In this document: piece by piece, positions 52,987 to 62,679 of the stretch
Numbering within the stretch: the stretch's first letter is position 1
How the letters are laid out: each line of letters begins with the position of its first letter
Assembly: GCA_026991225.1 (NCBI GenBank)
Contig: JALXCB010000046.1
Coordinates: 5,147 to 69,146, forward strand
Direction of reading: 5' to 3'
Source: Anaerolineae bacterium
GTDB lineage: Bacteria; Chloroflexota; Anaerolineae; J102
DNA: 64,000 nt
Made by a program: the position numbers and the translations under genes
Notes under the pieces: generated by a model
Told to the model about the DNA's origin: nothing
What the model saw: only the letters and a program-made list of their open reading frames with translations
Database searches by the model: none

Positions 52987-55628
52987 CAAACCAGCTTCCT
53001 CAGCGCGCCCATGGTGGTCTTGCTGGCCAGATAAGCCTGACCGCGGCGGCTGCGCAGCCATTTGTAGGTCAGCATCTTTACCGCGTCGTTGAACACGAAC
53101 CAGGTGAGAGCATAGGCCCACATCAGCAGGCCCAGCTTCCAGCCGATGGGTTCCATGAACCAACCATAGACTGCAAACAGCGTGCCGATCACACGGGTGC
53201 TGAAGGTGGCTCCAAACAGAATCCAGGAAGGATAAGGCTTCTTCCAGAACCAGTCATCGATGCGGGTGTTGTAAATCGTGCCGTGCCCGGCAATCACCAG
53301 TTTAGCGAAAAACAACGATTGGATCAACGGCCTGGGCAGGTGCAGTTGCATCATGATGAAAAACAGCAGAAAGGAGGAGATGACGCCCGCAATGCCCAGC
53401 ATGGTGGAAATGGTGAGCATCTCTCGCATATCCCAACGCACAGGCTTCTTGTCCACCTTCGTGTTATCGTAGGCGATGGACATGATGGGGATATCGTTGA
53501 GCAGGGCCAGGATGATGATCATCAGGGCGGTGACAGGATAGAAATTGAAGACCACAATGCTCAACGTCATGAAGAAGATGACCCGCAGGGTCTCGGCCAC
53601 GCGGAAGGTGGCGTAGCTCTTCATGCGCTCGAAGATGCTGCGGGAGAGTTTGACCGCGTCGTTGATGACGGCCAGACCGGGCGTGGTGAGAATGATATCC
53701 GCGGCGGAGCGGGCCGCGTCGGTGGCGTTGGCCACGGCGATGCCGCAGTCCGCTTTCTTCAGCGCCGGCGCATCGTTGACGCCATCGCCGGTCATGGCCA
53801 CGATGTGATCCGCCTTTTGTAGGGCCTTGACGATGAGGAACTTGTCCTCGGGCACCACCTCGGCGAAAATCTCGGTCTGCTCGATCTTCTCGATGATCTC
53901 CGATTCATGGACGCTGACCAGGCCCTTGCTCAGGTTCTGCGTGTCGAAGCTCTCTTCGACCTCTTTCACCACCTCTTCCGCGAATTTGCGGGCCGCGTCC
54001 GTATCCGCGTCGGGGTGCAACTTCTTGTAGATGGCTTCGGCCAGGATTTCAGTGAGCAGGATGACGCCCTCGTTTTTGCTGCTGCGCAGCTCTTTGGAGC
54101 GCATGGCCGGGCCCGTCAGCCCCAACATGCGCCCGATCTCCCGGGCGATGGCGATATTGTCCCCGGTGATCATCTTCACCCGCACGCCGTGGGCGCGCAG
54201 GTCCTCGATGACGGCCTTGGAGTCGGGCCGCGGCGGGTCCAGCATGGGGATGAGGCCGATGAGCTCCACCTGATCGCCCACCTTTTTGGCCACGGCAAGG
54301 GTGCGATACCCTTTGCTGGCGAAATCGTCCACCATCTTCTCCAGCTTTGCCACCTGGTCTTCGGGCAATTTGGCCATCTCGATGACCACCTGCGGCGCGC
54401 CCTTGATGGCGACAAAGGTCTCATCACCGCGCCTGATAACCGCCTCGGTGCGCTTGCGAATGGGATCGAAGGGCGTGAAGTGGGTTTGCTCGTACTCCTT
54501 CCAATCCAGATCAGGATATTTTTGCTTCAGATAGTTGTAAATGGCCATGTCGATGGGGTCCTGGTTTTCCAGTCTGGAAGCCAGCACGCCCATCAGCAGC
54601 AACTCCCGCTCGTCATGCCCATCGAAGACCGTGGGCTGGGTCACCTGCAGCTTGTTCTGGGTAAGCGTGCCCGTCTTGTCGCTGCACAGCACATCCACGC
54701 CCGCCAGCTCCTCGATGGCCACCAGACGGCTGACGATGGCCTGCCGCTTGGCCAGATTCAGCGCTCCCACGGCCATGACCACCGACAACACCGCGGGCAT
54801 GGCCACAGGAATGGCCGCCACCGTCAGCACCAGGGCGAAACGGATCAACTCCAGAACCTCCTCGCCCCGATAAATTCCCACCATGACGATGAGGATCACC
54901 AGCGCCAGGGTGAGCAGGATGAGGTAATCTCCTACCTGAATCACCATCTTCTGGAAGTGGCTGCTCTCCTCCTGCTGGGCCTGGGCCACCAGCGACGCCA
55001 CCTGCGAGAAATTGGTGTTCATGCCGGTGTTCACCACCACGGCCAGCATCTCGCCCTGCTTGACGATGGTGTTGGAGTATGCCACGTCGCCCGGCTTCTT
55101 GCTCACGGGCAGGGATTCACCGGTCAACGCAGACTGATCCACCTGAATGTAATCGCCCTGGATCAATTTCACATCCGCAGGAATGATGTCGCCGATCTTG
55201 AGTTTGATGATGTCGCCCGGCACCAGCTCTTTGGCCGGGATGGTCTTGAACTCGCCATCCCGCAGCACAATGGCCTGCTGAGCCAGCTTCTGCTTCAATG
55301 ATTTCAACGCGCTCAACGCCCGCCCTTCCTGATAGAAGTCCAGCCCGGCGTTGACCAGCAGCATGATGATAATGATGATGAAATCTTCCCATTTCTTGAC
55401 CGCGGCGGAGAGGATGGCCGCCACCTCGATCATCCAGGGAATCGGGCCCCAAAAACGACGAAAGATGCGGTGCCACAGGGGCTCCTCCTTTTCTTCGATG
55501 GCGTTGGGGCCATAGTGCTGCAAGCGGTTGCGGGCATCTTCCGAGCTGAGGCCCTTTTGCGGGTCGGTTCCCAGCTCCCTCAGGGTTTCTTCAATGGATT
55601 GGTTTTTGTATGCGTCGGTTTTCTTCAT
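52986..55628 (-). CDS. P-type ATPase, type III (plasma-membrane H+-ATPase / MgtA-like)
   Basis: 880 aa. DKTGTLT phosphorylation site, TGES, GDGVNDAPAL. N-terminal cation-ATPase domain. Confidence 0.85.
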   Translation of the reverse strand: MKKTDAYKNQSIEETLRELGTDPQKGLSSEDARNRLQHYGPNAIEEKEEPLWHRIFRRFWGPIPWMIEVAAILSAAVKKWEDFIIIIIMLLVNAGLDFYQEGRALSALKSLKQKLAQQAIVLRDGEFKTIPAKELVPGDIIKLKIGDIIPADVKLIQGDYIQVDQSALTGESLPVSKKPGDVAYSNTIVKQGEMLAVVVNTGMNTNFSQVASLVAQAQQEESSHFQKMVIQVGDYLILLTLALVILIVMVGIYRGEEVLELIRFALVLTVAAIPVAMPAVLSVVMAVGALNLAKRQAIVSRLVAIEELAGVDVLCSDKTGTLTQNKLQVTQPTVFDGHDERELLLMGVLASRLENQDPIDMAIYNYLKQKYPDLDWKEYEQTHFTPFDPIRKRTEAVIRRGDETFVAIKGAPQVVIEMAKLPEDQVAKLEKMVDDFASKGYRTLAVAKKVGDQVELIGLIPMLDPPRPDSKAVIEDLRAHGVRVKMITGDNIAIAREIGRMLGLTGPAMRSKELRSSKNEGVILLTEILAEAIYKKLHPDADTDAARKFAEEVVKEVEESFDTQNLSKGLVSVHESEIIEKIEQTEIFAEVVPEDKFLIVKALQKADHIVAMTGDGVNDAPALKKADCGIAVANATDAARSAADIILTTPGLAVINDAVKLSRSIFERMKSYATFRVAETLRVIFFMTLSIVVFNFYPVTALMIIILALLNDIPIMSIAYDNTKVDKKPVRWDMREMLTISTMLGIAGVISSFLLFFIMMQLHLPRPLIQSLFFAKLVIAGHGTIYNTRIDDWFWKKPYPSWILFGATFSTRVIGTLFAVYGWFMEPIGWKLGLLMWAYALTWFVFNDAVKMLTYKWLRSRRGQAYLASKTTMGALRKLV

Positions 55629-55723
55629 GGATCATTCCTCCGGGGACAGCCTTTTCCTTTATTCTCACTTTCGCCAATGGATTTCGCAGTGACTTTCGTC
55701 ACGGCCGATGAAAAAGCCCCTGC

Positions 55724-56815
55724 TTACATCGCCCCAAAACCAAAACGCATGCCATACAGCAGGATGGCGATCGCCAACGCCGTGAAGCCCATTGCCAGGA
55801 ACGTGATGGTGAAGGTAAAGGGCGCTTGGGTTTGGCTGTCTGCCAGATAGAACTTGTAAGCGATCAGATTCGCCAGGGATGCGACGAGACTCCCAAAGCC
55901 GCCGGCATTGACGCCCCACAGCAACGCCTGCCAGTGAGGCGTAAACTCGGCGAACAAGAGGGCCGCGGGCACATTGCTGATGAACTGACTTGTCAGGGCA
56001 GATAGCAAAAAGATATGTCCGGCTTGGTGCAATTCAGCCGTCAACACCTGTCTCACATTGTCCGTGATCCCGAAAAAGAAAAGGAAAGTGACCAGAATCG
56101 CATAATCCACCCGCAAAGCCCGCCTGTCCAATGCGACCGCGGCCAGAATCACCAGCAAAACAATGAACAATGGCAGCACGTGCAGGATAGCGAGGATGAG
56201 GATGAGGAAAAGACCCCCAAATCCCCAGGCAATTCGGCGGATGGCGGGCAGAGATGTCCCAGCGGCAGCGCTGTTTTCCGTCTTCGCGATCAAAGCGGCG
56301 CCAGCCAGCAGTGCGAGGAATGTCAGCGAAAAGGGAGCAATGGCCGCCATAAAAGTCCAGGGAGGAATCTGATAGTGCCAGTAGAGGTACAGATTCTGCG
56401 GATTGCCGAAGGGCGTCAACGCAGACCCGGCGTTCGCGGCCAATGCTTCCAGGATTACGAGGATGTCCTTGCGCCTGATTTGTAGAGATAGCGTCAGGGG
56501 TACCATCACCACCAGGGCCGCGTCATTGGTCACCAGCATCGCCAGGAAAAACGTTCCCAGCACCAGTTTCAGGGGAATGGCCCGACCTTGCTCGATCCGG
56601 CGGGCGATATTGGCGATGAGACCGCTCTCTTGCAGCCCTTTCACCGTTACAAACAGGGCGAAAAGGATGAGAAGCACGCCCAGCTCATCTTCCGAAAAGC
56701 GCGGCAGACGCATGGTCAGCAGCGAAGTCAGGGCCAGGCCGACGCCCGATGCAATCAGCAGCCACTCTTTCAACACAAAATCGATAAAGCCGCACTTTTC
56801 TCGCAATTCGGTCAT
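55724..56815 (-). CDS. ArsB/NhaD-superfamily anion/cation permease
   Basis: About 364 aa from the ATG at 56813-56815. Polytopic membrane protein. The listed ORF extends 39 codons upstream from a GTG. Confidence 0.55.
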   Translation of the reverse strand: MTELREKCGFIDFVLKEWLLIASGVGLALTSLLTMRLPRFSEDELGVLLILFALFVTVKGLQESGLIANIARRIEQGRAIPLKLVLGTFFLAMLVTNDAALVVMVPLTLSLQIRRKDILVILEALAANAGSALTPFGNPQNLYLYWHYQIPPWTFMAAIAPFSLTFLALLAGAALIAKTENSAAAGTSLPAIRRIAWGFGGLFLILILAILHVLPLFIVLLVILAAVALDRRALRVDYAILVTFLFFFGITDNVRQVLTAELHQAGHIFLLSALTSQFISNVPAALLFAEFTPHWQALLWGVNAGGFGSLVASLANLIAYKFYLADSQTQAPFTFTITFLAMGFTALAIAILLYGMRFGFGAM

Positions 56816-57121
56816 GGGAGGAAGGTTATCCGCCGTTGTTGATGGTCTAAAGGACAGCTTTTCGTAAATAAGTTTCGGTTTTGAAACGGCATTCCGACGA
56901 CCGAAGGGAGGAGCGGAATCATGCGGATTCACTCTCTTCCTGACCAGGTTGAGGTGGGCGATATGACACGGTTATCATACATCCTCCCCCCGCTTTAATC
57001 ATATAAGGAATCTAACCCGAAGGGCGCTTTGCTCCCTCGGAATGCAGCATGGTGGGATTCATCGAAAACAAGTTGGCAGACAGCGAGTCGCAAGTTTTCT
57101 ATGCAGCGCAACCTGCCACCC

Positions 57122-58300
57122 CTATCGCCAGATATCCGCGTAAGGGAACTCGCCACGCAGAAGCTTGCCTTCCGCGAAGCGGGAAAAGGCGAAGGGGCGG
57201 ATATCCACGGTGTGGGGCTCGCCATCCACCATCCATTCGGCCATGCACAGGCCCACGGCGGGCCCGATCTTGAAGCCCGTGCCGCTATGCCCGCAATCCA
57301 GCCAGAAGCCCTCGGGCCCGGCCGGGCCCAGGATGGCGCGCTGATCGTCAGACAGGCCATCGTAGCCGGTGTGGGCGCTGTGCAGCGAACCCTCTTCCAT
57401 GACGGGAATGCGGCGGCAGATGTGCTCCACGGCTCGCTCCACATAGCCAGGATGCGCATGATCCGCGTCGCTGTCCGGGTCTTCGCCCAAGGGGTTGCCC
57501 TTCTCCAGCCCTACCAGGGTGAGGCCGCCCTGCTCGGGTCGGAAATACATTTCGTTGATGTCGTCGATGACGGTGGGATGGCTGGGCCCGATGACTTTCG
57601 GGCGGCGGATGAACATGACGTCGTGGCTCCAGGTGGTCATGGGCAACTCCAGGCCCACCATGTGCCCGATGCGATCCGCCCATGCACCCGCTGCATTCAC
57701 CACGGCGGCCGCATGAAATTCGGCTCCGTCCGCGGCTTTCACCCCCAGCACCCGGCTGCCGTCGGAGCTGGTGAGCACATCGGCCACCTGCACGCCCGTC
57801 TTCAAGCCTGCGCCCCGCTCGCGGGCCGCGTTCATCAGGCTCATGGCCGTGGCGGGCGGGTCTGCGTAGCCTGACTCAGGCTCGTATGCAGCCACATTGA
57901 AGTCCTCGGTGAGCATATAAGGCGCCAGGCGCTTGACGTCGTCCGGAGTCACCAGCAGGGTGGGAATGCCGATCTCCTGCTGCACTCGCACATTGGCCCG
58001 CAGGTTGTCCTCATATTCGGGCTGCACGAACCGCAAAAATCCCGTGCGCACGAATCCGCAATCGCCGCCTACCATCTCCTCCCAATTGCGGAAATACTGA
58101 AACGACTGCCACACCAGCTCCGACTCCAGTCGCAGGTCATAGTGCATGCGCACCAGACCGCTGGAGCGCCCGGTTGCGCCCGCGGCCACGAATTTCTTTT
58201 CCAGCACCAGGACTTGCACTCCGCGCTGCGCCAGATGGAAGGCCAGGCTGGCGCCGTGAATGCCGCCGCCAATGATGATGACGTCCGTTGTTTGAGTCAT
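57122..58300 (-). CDS. FAD-dependent oxidoreductase (DAO family; sarcosine/glycine oxidase-like)
   Basis: Start at MTQTTDVIIIGGGIHGASLAFHLA... (dinucleotide-binding motif). Confidence 0.75.
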   Translation of the reverse strand: MTQTTDVIIIGGGIHGASLAFHLAQRGVQVLVLEKKFVAAGATGRSSGLVRMHYDLRLESELVWQSFQYFRNWEEMVGGDCGFVRTGFLRFVQPEYEDNLRANVRVQQEIGIPTLLVTPDDVKRLAPYMLTEDFNVAAYEPESGYADPPATAMSLMNAARERGAGLKTGVQVADVLTSSDGSRVLGVKAADGAEFHAAAVVNAAGAWADRIGHMVGLELPMTTWSHDVMFIRRPKVIGPSHPTVIDDINEMYFRPEQGGLTLVGLEKGNPLGEDPDSDADHAHPGYVERAVEHICRRIPVMEEGSLHSAHTGYDGLSDDQRAILGPAGPEGFWLDCGHSGTGFKIGPAVGLCMAEWMVDGEPHTVDIRPFAFSRFAEGKLLRGEFPYADIWR

Positions 58301-58374
58301 GAACCGCCTCCTGAGTTCGAGTGAGAGAAAGCAACTACTCACGTAGCGAGGTCAAAAACCACAAAGACACGACG

Positions 58375-58475
58375 ACACGAAGCGCGAAGGGGAAAAGTGG
58401 CAGGTAGCAGGTGGCAAGTGGCGGATGAAAAACGTCGCTGCCAGAAGAACTTGCCGCTTGCAACTTGCAAACCTG
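58375..58475. repeat. Family G copy G3 (partial/rearranged)
   Basis: GTGGCAGGTAGCAGGTGGCAAGTGGCGG...CTTGCCGCTTGCAACTTGCAAACCTGC. Confidence 0.6.
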
Positions 58476-58489
58476 CATTCTTTTCGTCC

Positions 58490-58590
58490 CCTCCCCTGAG
58501 CGTAGCTTGGGGGAGCCGGAGGGGGTCGAGCCTTCGTGGCAAGGCGTTTTCGAGGTCGAATCAGGTTACCTGAGCAGTTACAGAGAAATG
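58490..58590 (+). repeat. Family C partial copy C4
   Basis: ...GTCGAGCCTTCGTGGCAAGGCGTTTTCGAGGTCGAATCAGGTTACCTGAGCAGTTAC matches the 3' half of C1. Confidence 0.6.
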
Positions 58591-58842
58591 GAAAATTGCG
58601 CTATGTGGACTTTACCACTGGTCGGGTTGCGGGTCAAGAGAAGGACGGGCATTACGCCATCCTCGACACCCGCACCAGCGGCGTCATCTTCGGCCAGTTC
58701 ACCGAGGCCGCGGGTGAAGAGGCGCTGGAGATGACGATGGCCTGATGCGGTGACCTGACAGGTCCCATCCCGCGTCCTCGTCCCGTCGGGTCCGCCCGCA
58801 AGCGCGATGGAGAAGGGACGCGAACAGGCGCATGGGGACCTG

Positions 58843-60033
58843 TCAGGTCTGGCAAAACGCGGACAACCATGCTTCCAGGCCCGCGGCCCGACACTCCCAA
58901 CTGAGGCGGGGCGCTGCAGCGAAAACCGCCCGGCTGAGGCGGCCGCGAGCCGATGCGTCCGTCAGCAGAAGCTGGAGCCGGGCGATCAACGTGTCCTCGT
59001 TCGGGGCGGGCTCCCCGCCCGCCTCGCGCACCAGCGCGCCATACTCCCCCACATCCAACGTCAGCGAGGGGACGCCCTGCGCCAGACAGTCGAGCGCCCT
59101 GGCCGGGCTTTTGGCCTGGACCAGGGGCTTTTTGTTGGGCAGGAAGAGGCAGACCGCAGCTGAGCGGATGGTCTGGACATAGCGGTCGGGGGGGAGCCAG
59201 CCCAAGATGCGGGCGTTGGGCACGGGGAAGGGGGGACGCCAGCCGCCCGCGATGAGCAATTCGGCCTGGGGGACGCGGGCGCTCACCTGTGCCCAGACGC
59301 GGGTCAGCATCCCCGCATCCGCATCATGCCCGCGCGTAAGCAGGAGCGCGTGCGGGAGGTTGGCTTCCACCGGGGCGCGGGTCGCCGCGGGTGTGAGACC
59401 GTTGGGAAGATAGTAAGGCATGGGAGAAGGAAAGCGCTTCAGCGCGTCCGCACGGCCCAAGACCTCGGAGGTCCGCTGAGACCTCCGAGGTCTCCATGGC
59501 GACCAATGGGCCTGCAGAAAGCGGGAGGCGACGGTAACGCCCATGGCGTCGCGGATGAGCTCGCGCTCCTGGCGGGTCAGCAGTCGGGCGAGAAGCCGAT
59601 TCCGCCCCGTTTCCTCCATCCAGGCCACTTCCAGATCATCCACATCCACCACCACCCGCCTGTCCCGCCGCATCCACCAGCGCCCGACCCAGCCCGCATA
59701 GCCCAACCCCTTGCTCACGATCAACGCGTCCGGCCCAAACGCCTCCACCTCCCGCCGCAGTCGTCCCAAAAGCGCCGGATACGCTCCCCGCCACCCCACT
59801 CCCAGCTCCGGCGTCATCACCTTCACCGCCTCCGCTCCCCACGGTCCGCCCTCCGACTTCTGACCTCTGACCCCTGCCCCCTGACCTCTGACTTCCTCGG
59901 GGCAATCCCACGCCGGGATGAGCAGCGCGGTCCCATGCCCGCGGGCGGCCAGGGCTCGGGCCAGCGGCAGCAGCCGACTACCCACGGTCCCCCGTCGGCA
60001 GCGTCCGAATGGAGCAAGAATGAGGAAACGCAT
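58843..60033 (-). CDS. Glycosyltransferase (GT-B fold, GT1/GT4-like)
   Basis: 396 aa. Carries two in-frame palindromic/direct-repeat DNA segments at about 59455-59500 and about 59850-59905. Confidence 0.6.
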   Translation of the reverse strand: MRFLILAPFGRCRRGTVGSRLLPLARALAARGHGTALLIPAWDCPEEVRGQGAGVRGQKSEGGPWGAEAVKVMTPELGVGWRGAYPALLGRLRREVEAFGPDALIVSKGLGYAGWVGRWWMRRDRRVVVDVDDLEVAWMEETGRNRLLARLLTRQERELIRDAMGVTVASRFLQAHWSPWRPRRSQRTSEVLGRADALKRFPSPMPYYLPNGLTPAATRAPVEANLPHALLLTRGHDADAGMLTRVWAQVSARVPQAELLIAGGWRPPFPVPNARILGWLPPDRYVQTIRSAAVCLFLPNKKPLVQAKSPARALDCLAQGVPSLTLDVGEYGALVREAGGEPAPNEDTLIARLQLLLTDASARGRLSRAVFAAAPRLSWECRAAGLEAWLSAFCQT

Positions 60034-60080
60034 GGTCCCTCACCGCTGGATACCGCGGGCGGCAAGTCCGATTGCGCACA

Positions 60081-61928
60081 TCACTCCACCGTCACGCTCT
60101 TGGCCAGATTGCGGGGCTGGTCCACGTCCGCACCCCGCCACACCGCGATGTGATAGGCGAAAAGCTGGAGAGGAACCACGGTGAGGATGGGCAGCAACCA
60201 GGGCGACGCCTCGGGCACGACGATGAGGTCATCGGCCTTCTCGGCGATGACGCGGTCGCCCGGATTCACCATAGCGATGACTTTGCCCCGCCGGGCCTTC
60301 ACCTGCTCCACCTGACTCACCATCTTCTCGTAAACGCCATCGCGCGGGGCCAGCGCCACAGTGGGCATGGTCTCGTCGATGAGGGCGATGGGCCCGTGCT
60401 TCATCTCCCCCGCGGGATACCCCTCCGCATGGATATAGCTGATCTCCTTCAACTTCAGCGCCCCCTCCAGGGCGATGGGATATTGCAATCCCCGGCCCAG
60501 ATAGAGGAAATCCTCGTAGTTGGCGTAGGCAATGCCCAACTTACGGATTTCCTCATCCCTGGCCAGCACGTCTCCCAGCTTTTGCGGCAGCAACGCCAGC
60601 TCGTGCGCCAGCGCCAGCGACGCGTCCTGGTCCAGCAGGCCCCGCTGTTGGGCCAGGAACATGGCCAGGAGGAGCTGGTCTACCACGGACGAGGTGAACG
60701 CTTTGGTGCTGGCCACGCCGATCTCGGGCCCGGCCTGCATGTAGATGACGCCATCGGCCACGCGCGCGGCCTGCGACCCCACCGCGTTGACGATGGAGAG
60801 CAGGAACGCGCGCTGGCGGCGGGCCTCCTCCATCGCGGCCAGGGTGTCCACCGTCTCGCCCGACTGGGTGATGGCGATGAACAGGGTGCGGTCGTCCAAG
60901 ATGGGCTCCCGATAGCGGTATTCGGAGCCGTAATCCACCTCCACGGGCAGGCGGGCCAGGCGTTCGATATAGAACTTGCCCATCAGGCCCGAGTAGTAGG
61001 ACGTGCCGCAGGCCACGATGGTCACCCGGTCGATGCGTTGGACGATCTCGGGCGTGAGGTTGGCTCCGGGCAGGGTGACCTCGCCCGTGACGAAGTCGAT
61101 GCGCCCGCGGATCGTATCGGTGAGCGCGTTGGGCTGGTCGAAGATCTCCTTTTGCATGAAGTGGCGGTAGGGCCCTTTGGCCGCGGACACCGGGTCCCAG
61201 GGGATGGCGATGATCTCCTTGCCGGGGATGGGCTCGCCCTCCAGCGTACTGAAGGCCGCGCCCTCGCGGGTGACCACAGCCATCTCCCGATTTTCGAGGA
61301 AGGACATGCGCCGGGTGTGTTCGAGGATAGCAGGGATATCGGAGGCCAGGAACATTTCGTCCTCGCCGTGCCCCACGACCACCGCGCCCGCGTTACCCAG
61401 GCGGGCGGCGATGAGCCGGTCGGGCTCGTAGGTGCTGAGAACGACCACCGCGGACGGGCCATGCAACAGGCTTAGCGCCCGCCTCACCGCCTCTTCCAGG
61501 TCCTCGGTCTGGGTGAATTCCCGGTGGATGAGCTGGACGATGACCTCGGTGTCGGTGTCCGAGGCGAATTCGTATCCCTGGCTCATCAACTCCTCTCGCA
61601 GGGGCAGGAAGTTCTCCACGATGCCGTTCTGCACCACGACGATGCGCCCGTCTTTGGCCCGGTGGGGATGGGCGTTGTAGGCGGTGGGCGGGCCGTGGGT
61701 GGCCCATCGCGTGTGTCCGATGCCGATATGCCCGTTGGTGGGCGCTTCGGCCACGCGCTGACGCAGGTTGCTGAGCTTGCCCGCGTCCCGGCGGATCTCG
61801 ATCTCGTTCCGGTTGTTGATGATGGCCAGGCCCGCGGAATCGTACCCGCGGTATTCCAGCCGTTGTAAGCCTTCGAGGATGATGGGGGTGGCCTCTCTCG
61901 GTCCGATATAACCAACAATGCCGCACAT
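60081..61928 (-). CDS. glmS: Glutamine--fructose-6-phosphate aminotransferase (isomerising)
   Basis: Start at MCGIVGYIG (N-terminal Cys nucleophile). Two SIS domains. C-terminal ...KSVTVE. Confidence 0.92.
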   Translation of the reverse strand: MCGIVGYIGPREATPIILEGLQRLEYRGYDSAGLAIINNRNEIEIRRDAGKLSNLRQRVAEAPTNGHIGIGHTRWATHGPPTAYNAHPHRAKDGRIVVVQNGIVENFLPLREELMSQGYEFASDTDTEVIVQLIHREFTQTEDLEEAVRRALSLLHGPSAVVVLSTYEPDRLIAARLGNAGAVVVGHGEDEMFLASDIPAILEHTRRMSFLENREMAVVTREGAAFSTLEGEPIPGKEIIAIPWDPVSAAKGPYRHFMQKEIFDQPNALTDTIRGRIDFVTGEVTLPGANLTPEIVQRIDRVTIVACGTSYYSGLMGKFYIERLARLPVEVDYGSEYRYREPILDDRTLFIAITQSGETVDTLAAMEEARRQRAFLLSIVNAVGSQAARVADGVIYMQAGPEIGVASTKAFTSSVVDQLLLAMFLAQQRGLLDQDASLALAHELALLPQKLGDVLARDEEIRKLGIAYANYEDFLYLGRGLQYPIALEGALKLKEISYIHAEGYPAGEMKHGPIALIDETMPTVALAPRDGVYEKMVSQVEQVKARRGKVIAMVNPGDRVIAEKADDLIVVPEASPWLLPILTVVPLQLFAYHIAVWRGADVDQPRNLAKSVTVE

Positions 61929-61944
61929 GGAAGTGGCTCCTTGT

Positions 61945-62075
61945 TCGGAAAACAGTGTGATTTGCAAACGCTCGCCAGCCCAACGTTGGGCGAGGCGACA
62001 ACGGGCGTCAAACATCAAACATCATGCGTCATGTCCTGACGTTTGACGAAGTCGGTTTGCCGCGCGAACGCGGGG
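61945..62075 (+). repeat. Family A copy A7 (inside the glmS leader, between ribozyme and start codon)
   Basis: GCTCGCCAGCCCAACGTTGGGCGAGGCGACAACGGGCGTCAAACATCAAACATCATGCGTCATGTCCTGACGTTTGACGAAGTCGG. Confidence 0.75.
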
Positions 62076-62104
62076 AAACGCCCGTGCAGGCGCGACCGGG
62101 GTCC

Positions 62105-62335
62105 TGGATCTTGACTTCTGCCACTGCCCCTTCCCTTGTCCCGCGGTCGCCCGTGGGCTTTCGGGTGAGACTTTGCGCGTTCCCATGACGTCCGGTGGTG
62201 GCTGCACCGGGAAGGCATCCGCCGATCTCTCGATTTTCCCACTGGCCCGAGCCAGGGTTAGGCCGCCCTTGCGGACGACAACCTTCTCCTCGTCAACTGC
62301 GCCGCCCCTTGCGGGCGCAGTCCAGGCGCTGCGTC
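62105..62335 (-). ncRNA. glmS ribozyme (GlcN6P-responsive self-cleaving riboswitch) in the glmS 5' leader
   Basis: The minus strand reads AGCGCCUGGACUGCGCC...GACGAGGAGAAGGUUGUCG...CGGCGGAUGCCUUCCCGGUGCAGCC... These align with the B. subtilis glmS ribozyme core (AGCGCCAGAACU..., CACGAGGAGGAGGUUAUCG, CGGCGGAUGCCUCCCGGCUG). The 3' boundary is approximate. Confidence 0.7.
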
Positions 62336-62679
62336 ATGGTGGTTGGGAACGTAGGTTACATGTTCGGGTCAGGCCATAAACAAGCCTCCATTCAGTAGTG
62401 AAGAGTAAAGATTAGCATCTTATCAGTGACATTTTAGCCCGCTGAGCTAAAAGTTACACAGAGCTCACAGAGCTGCTTTGGAGCTTCACAGAGATTCATT
62501 GATTATTTTTTCTCTGTGTAACTCTGTGTTCCTTCCTGGTTCCAGCCTGTCCGGGTTAGGATTGAGGATAGGAGGATTATAGAGGAAGGACGGGGGATTG
62601 GCAAACCGCATCGCGTCCGTATGACAGGCTATTGGCCTGGTAGGCCGAGAACGGGGCAGTGAGCGCCCCCAGCTCCGGT

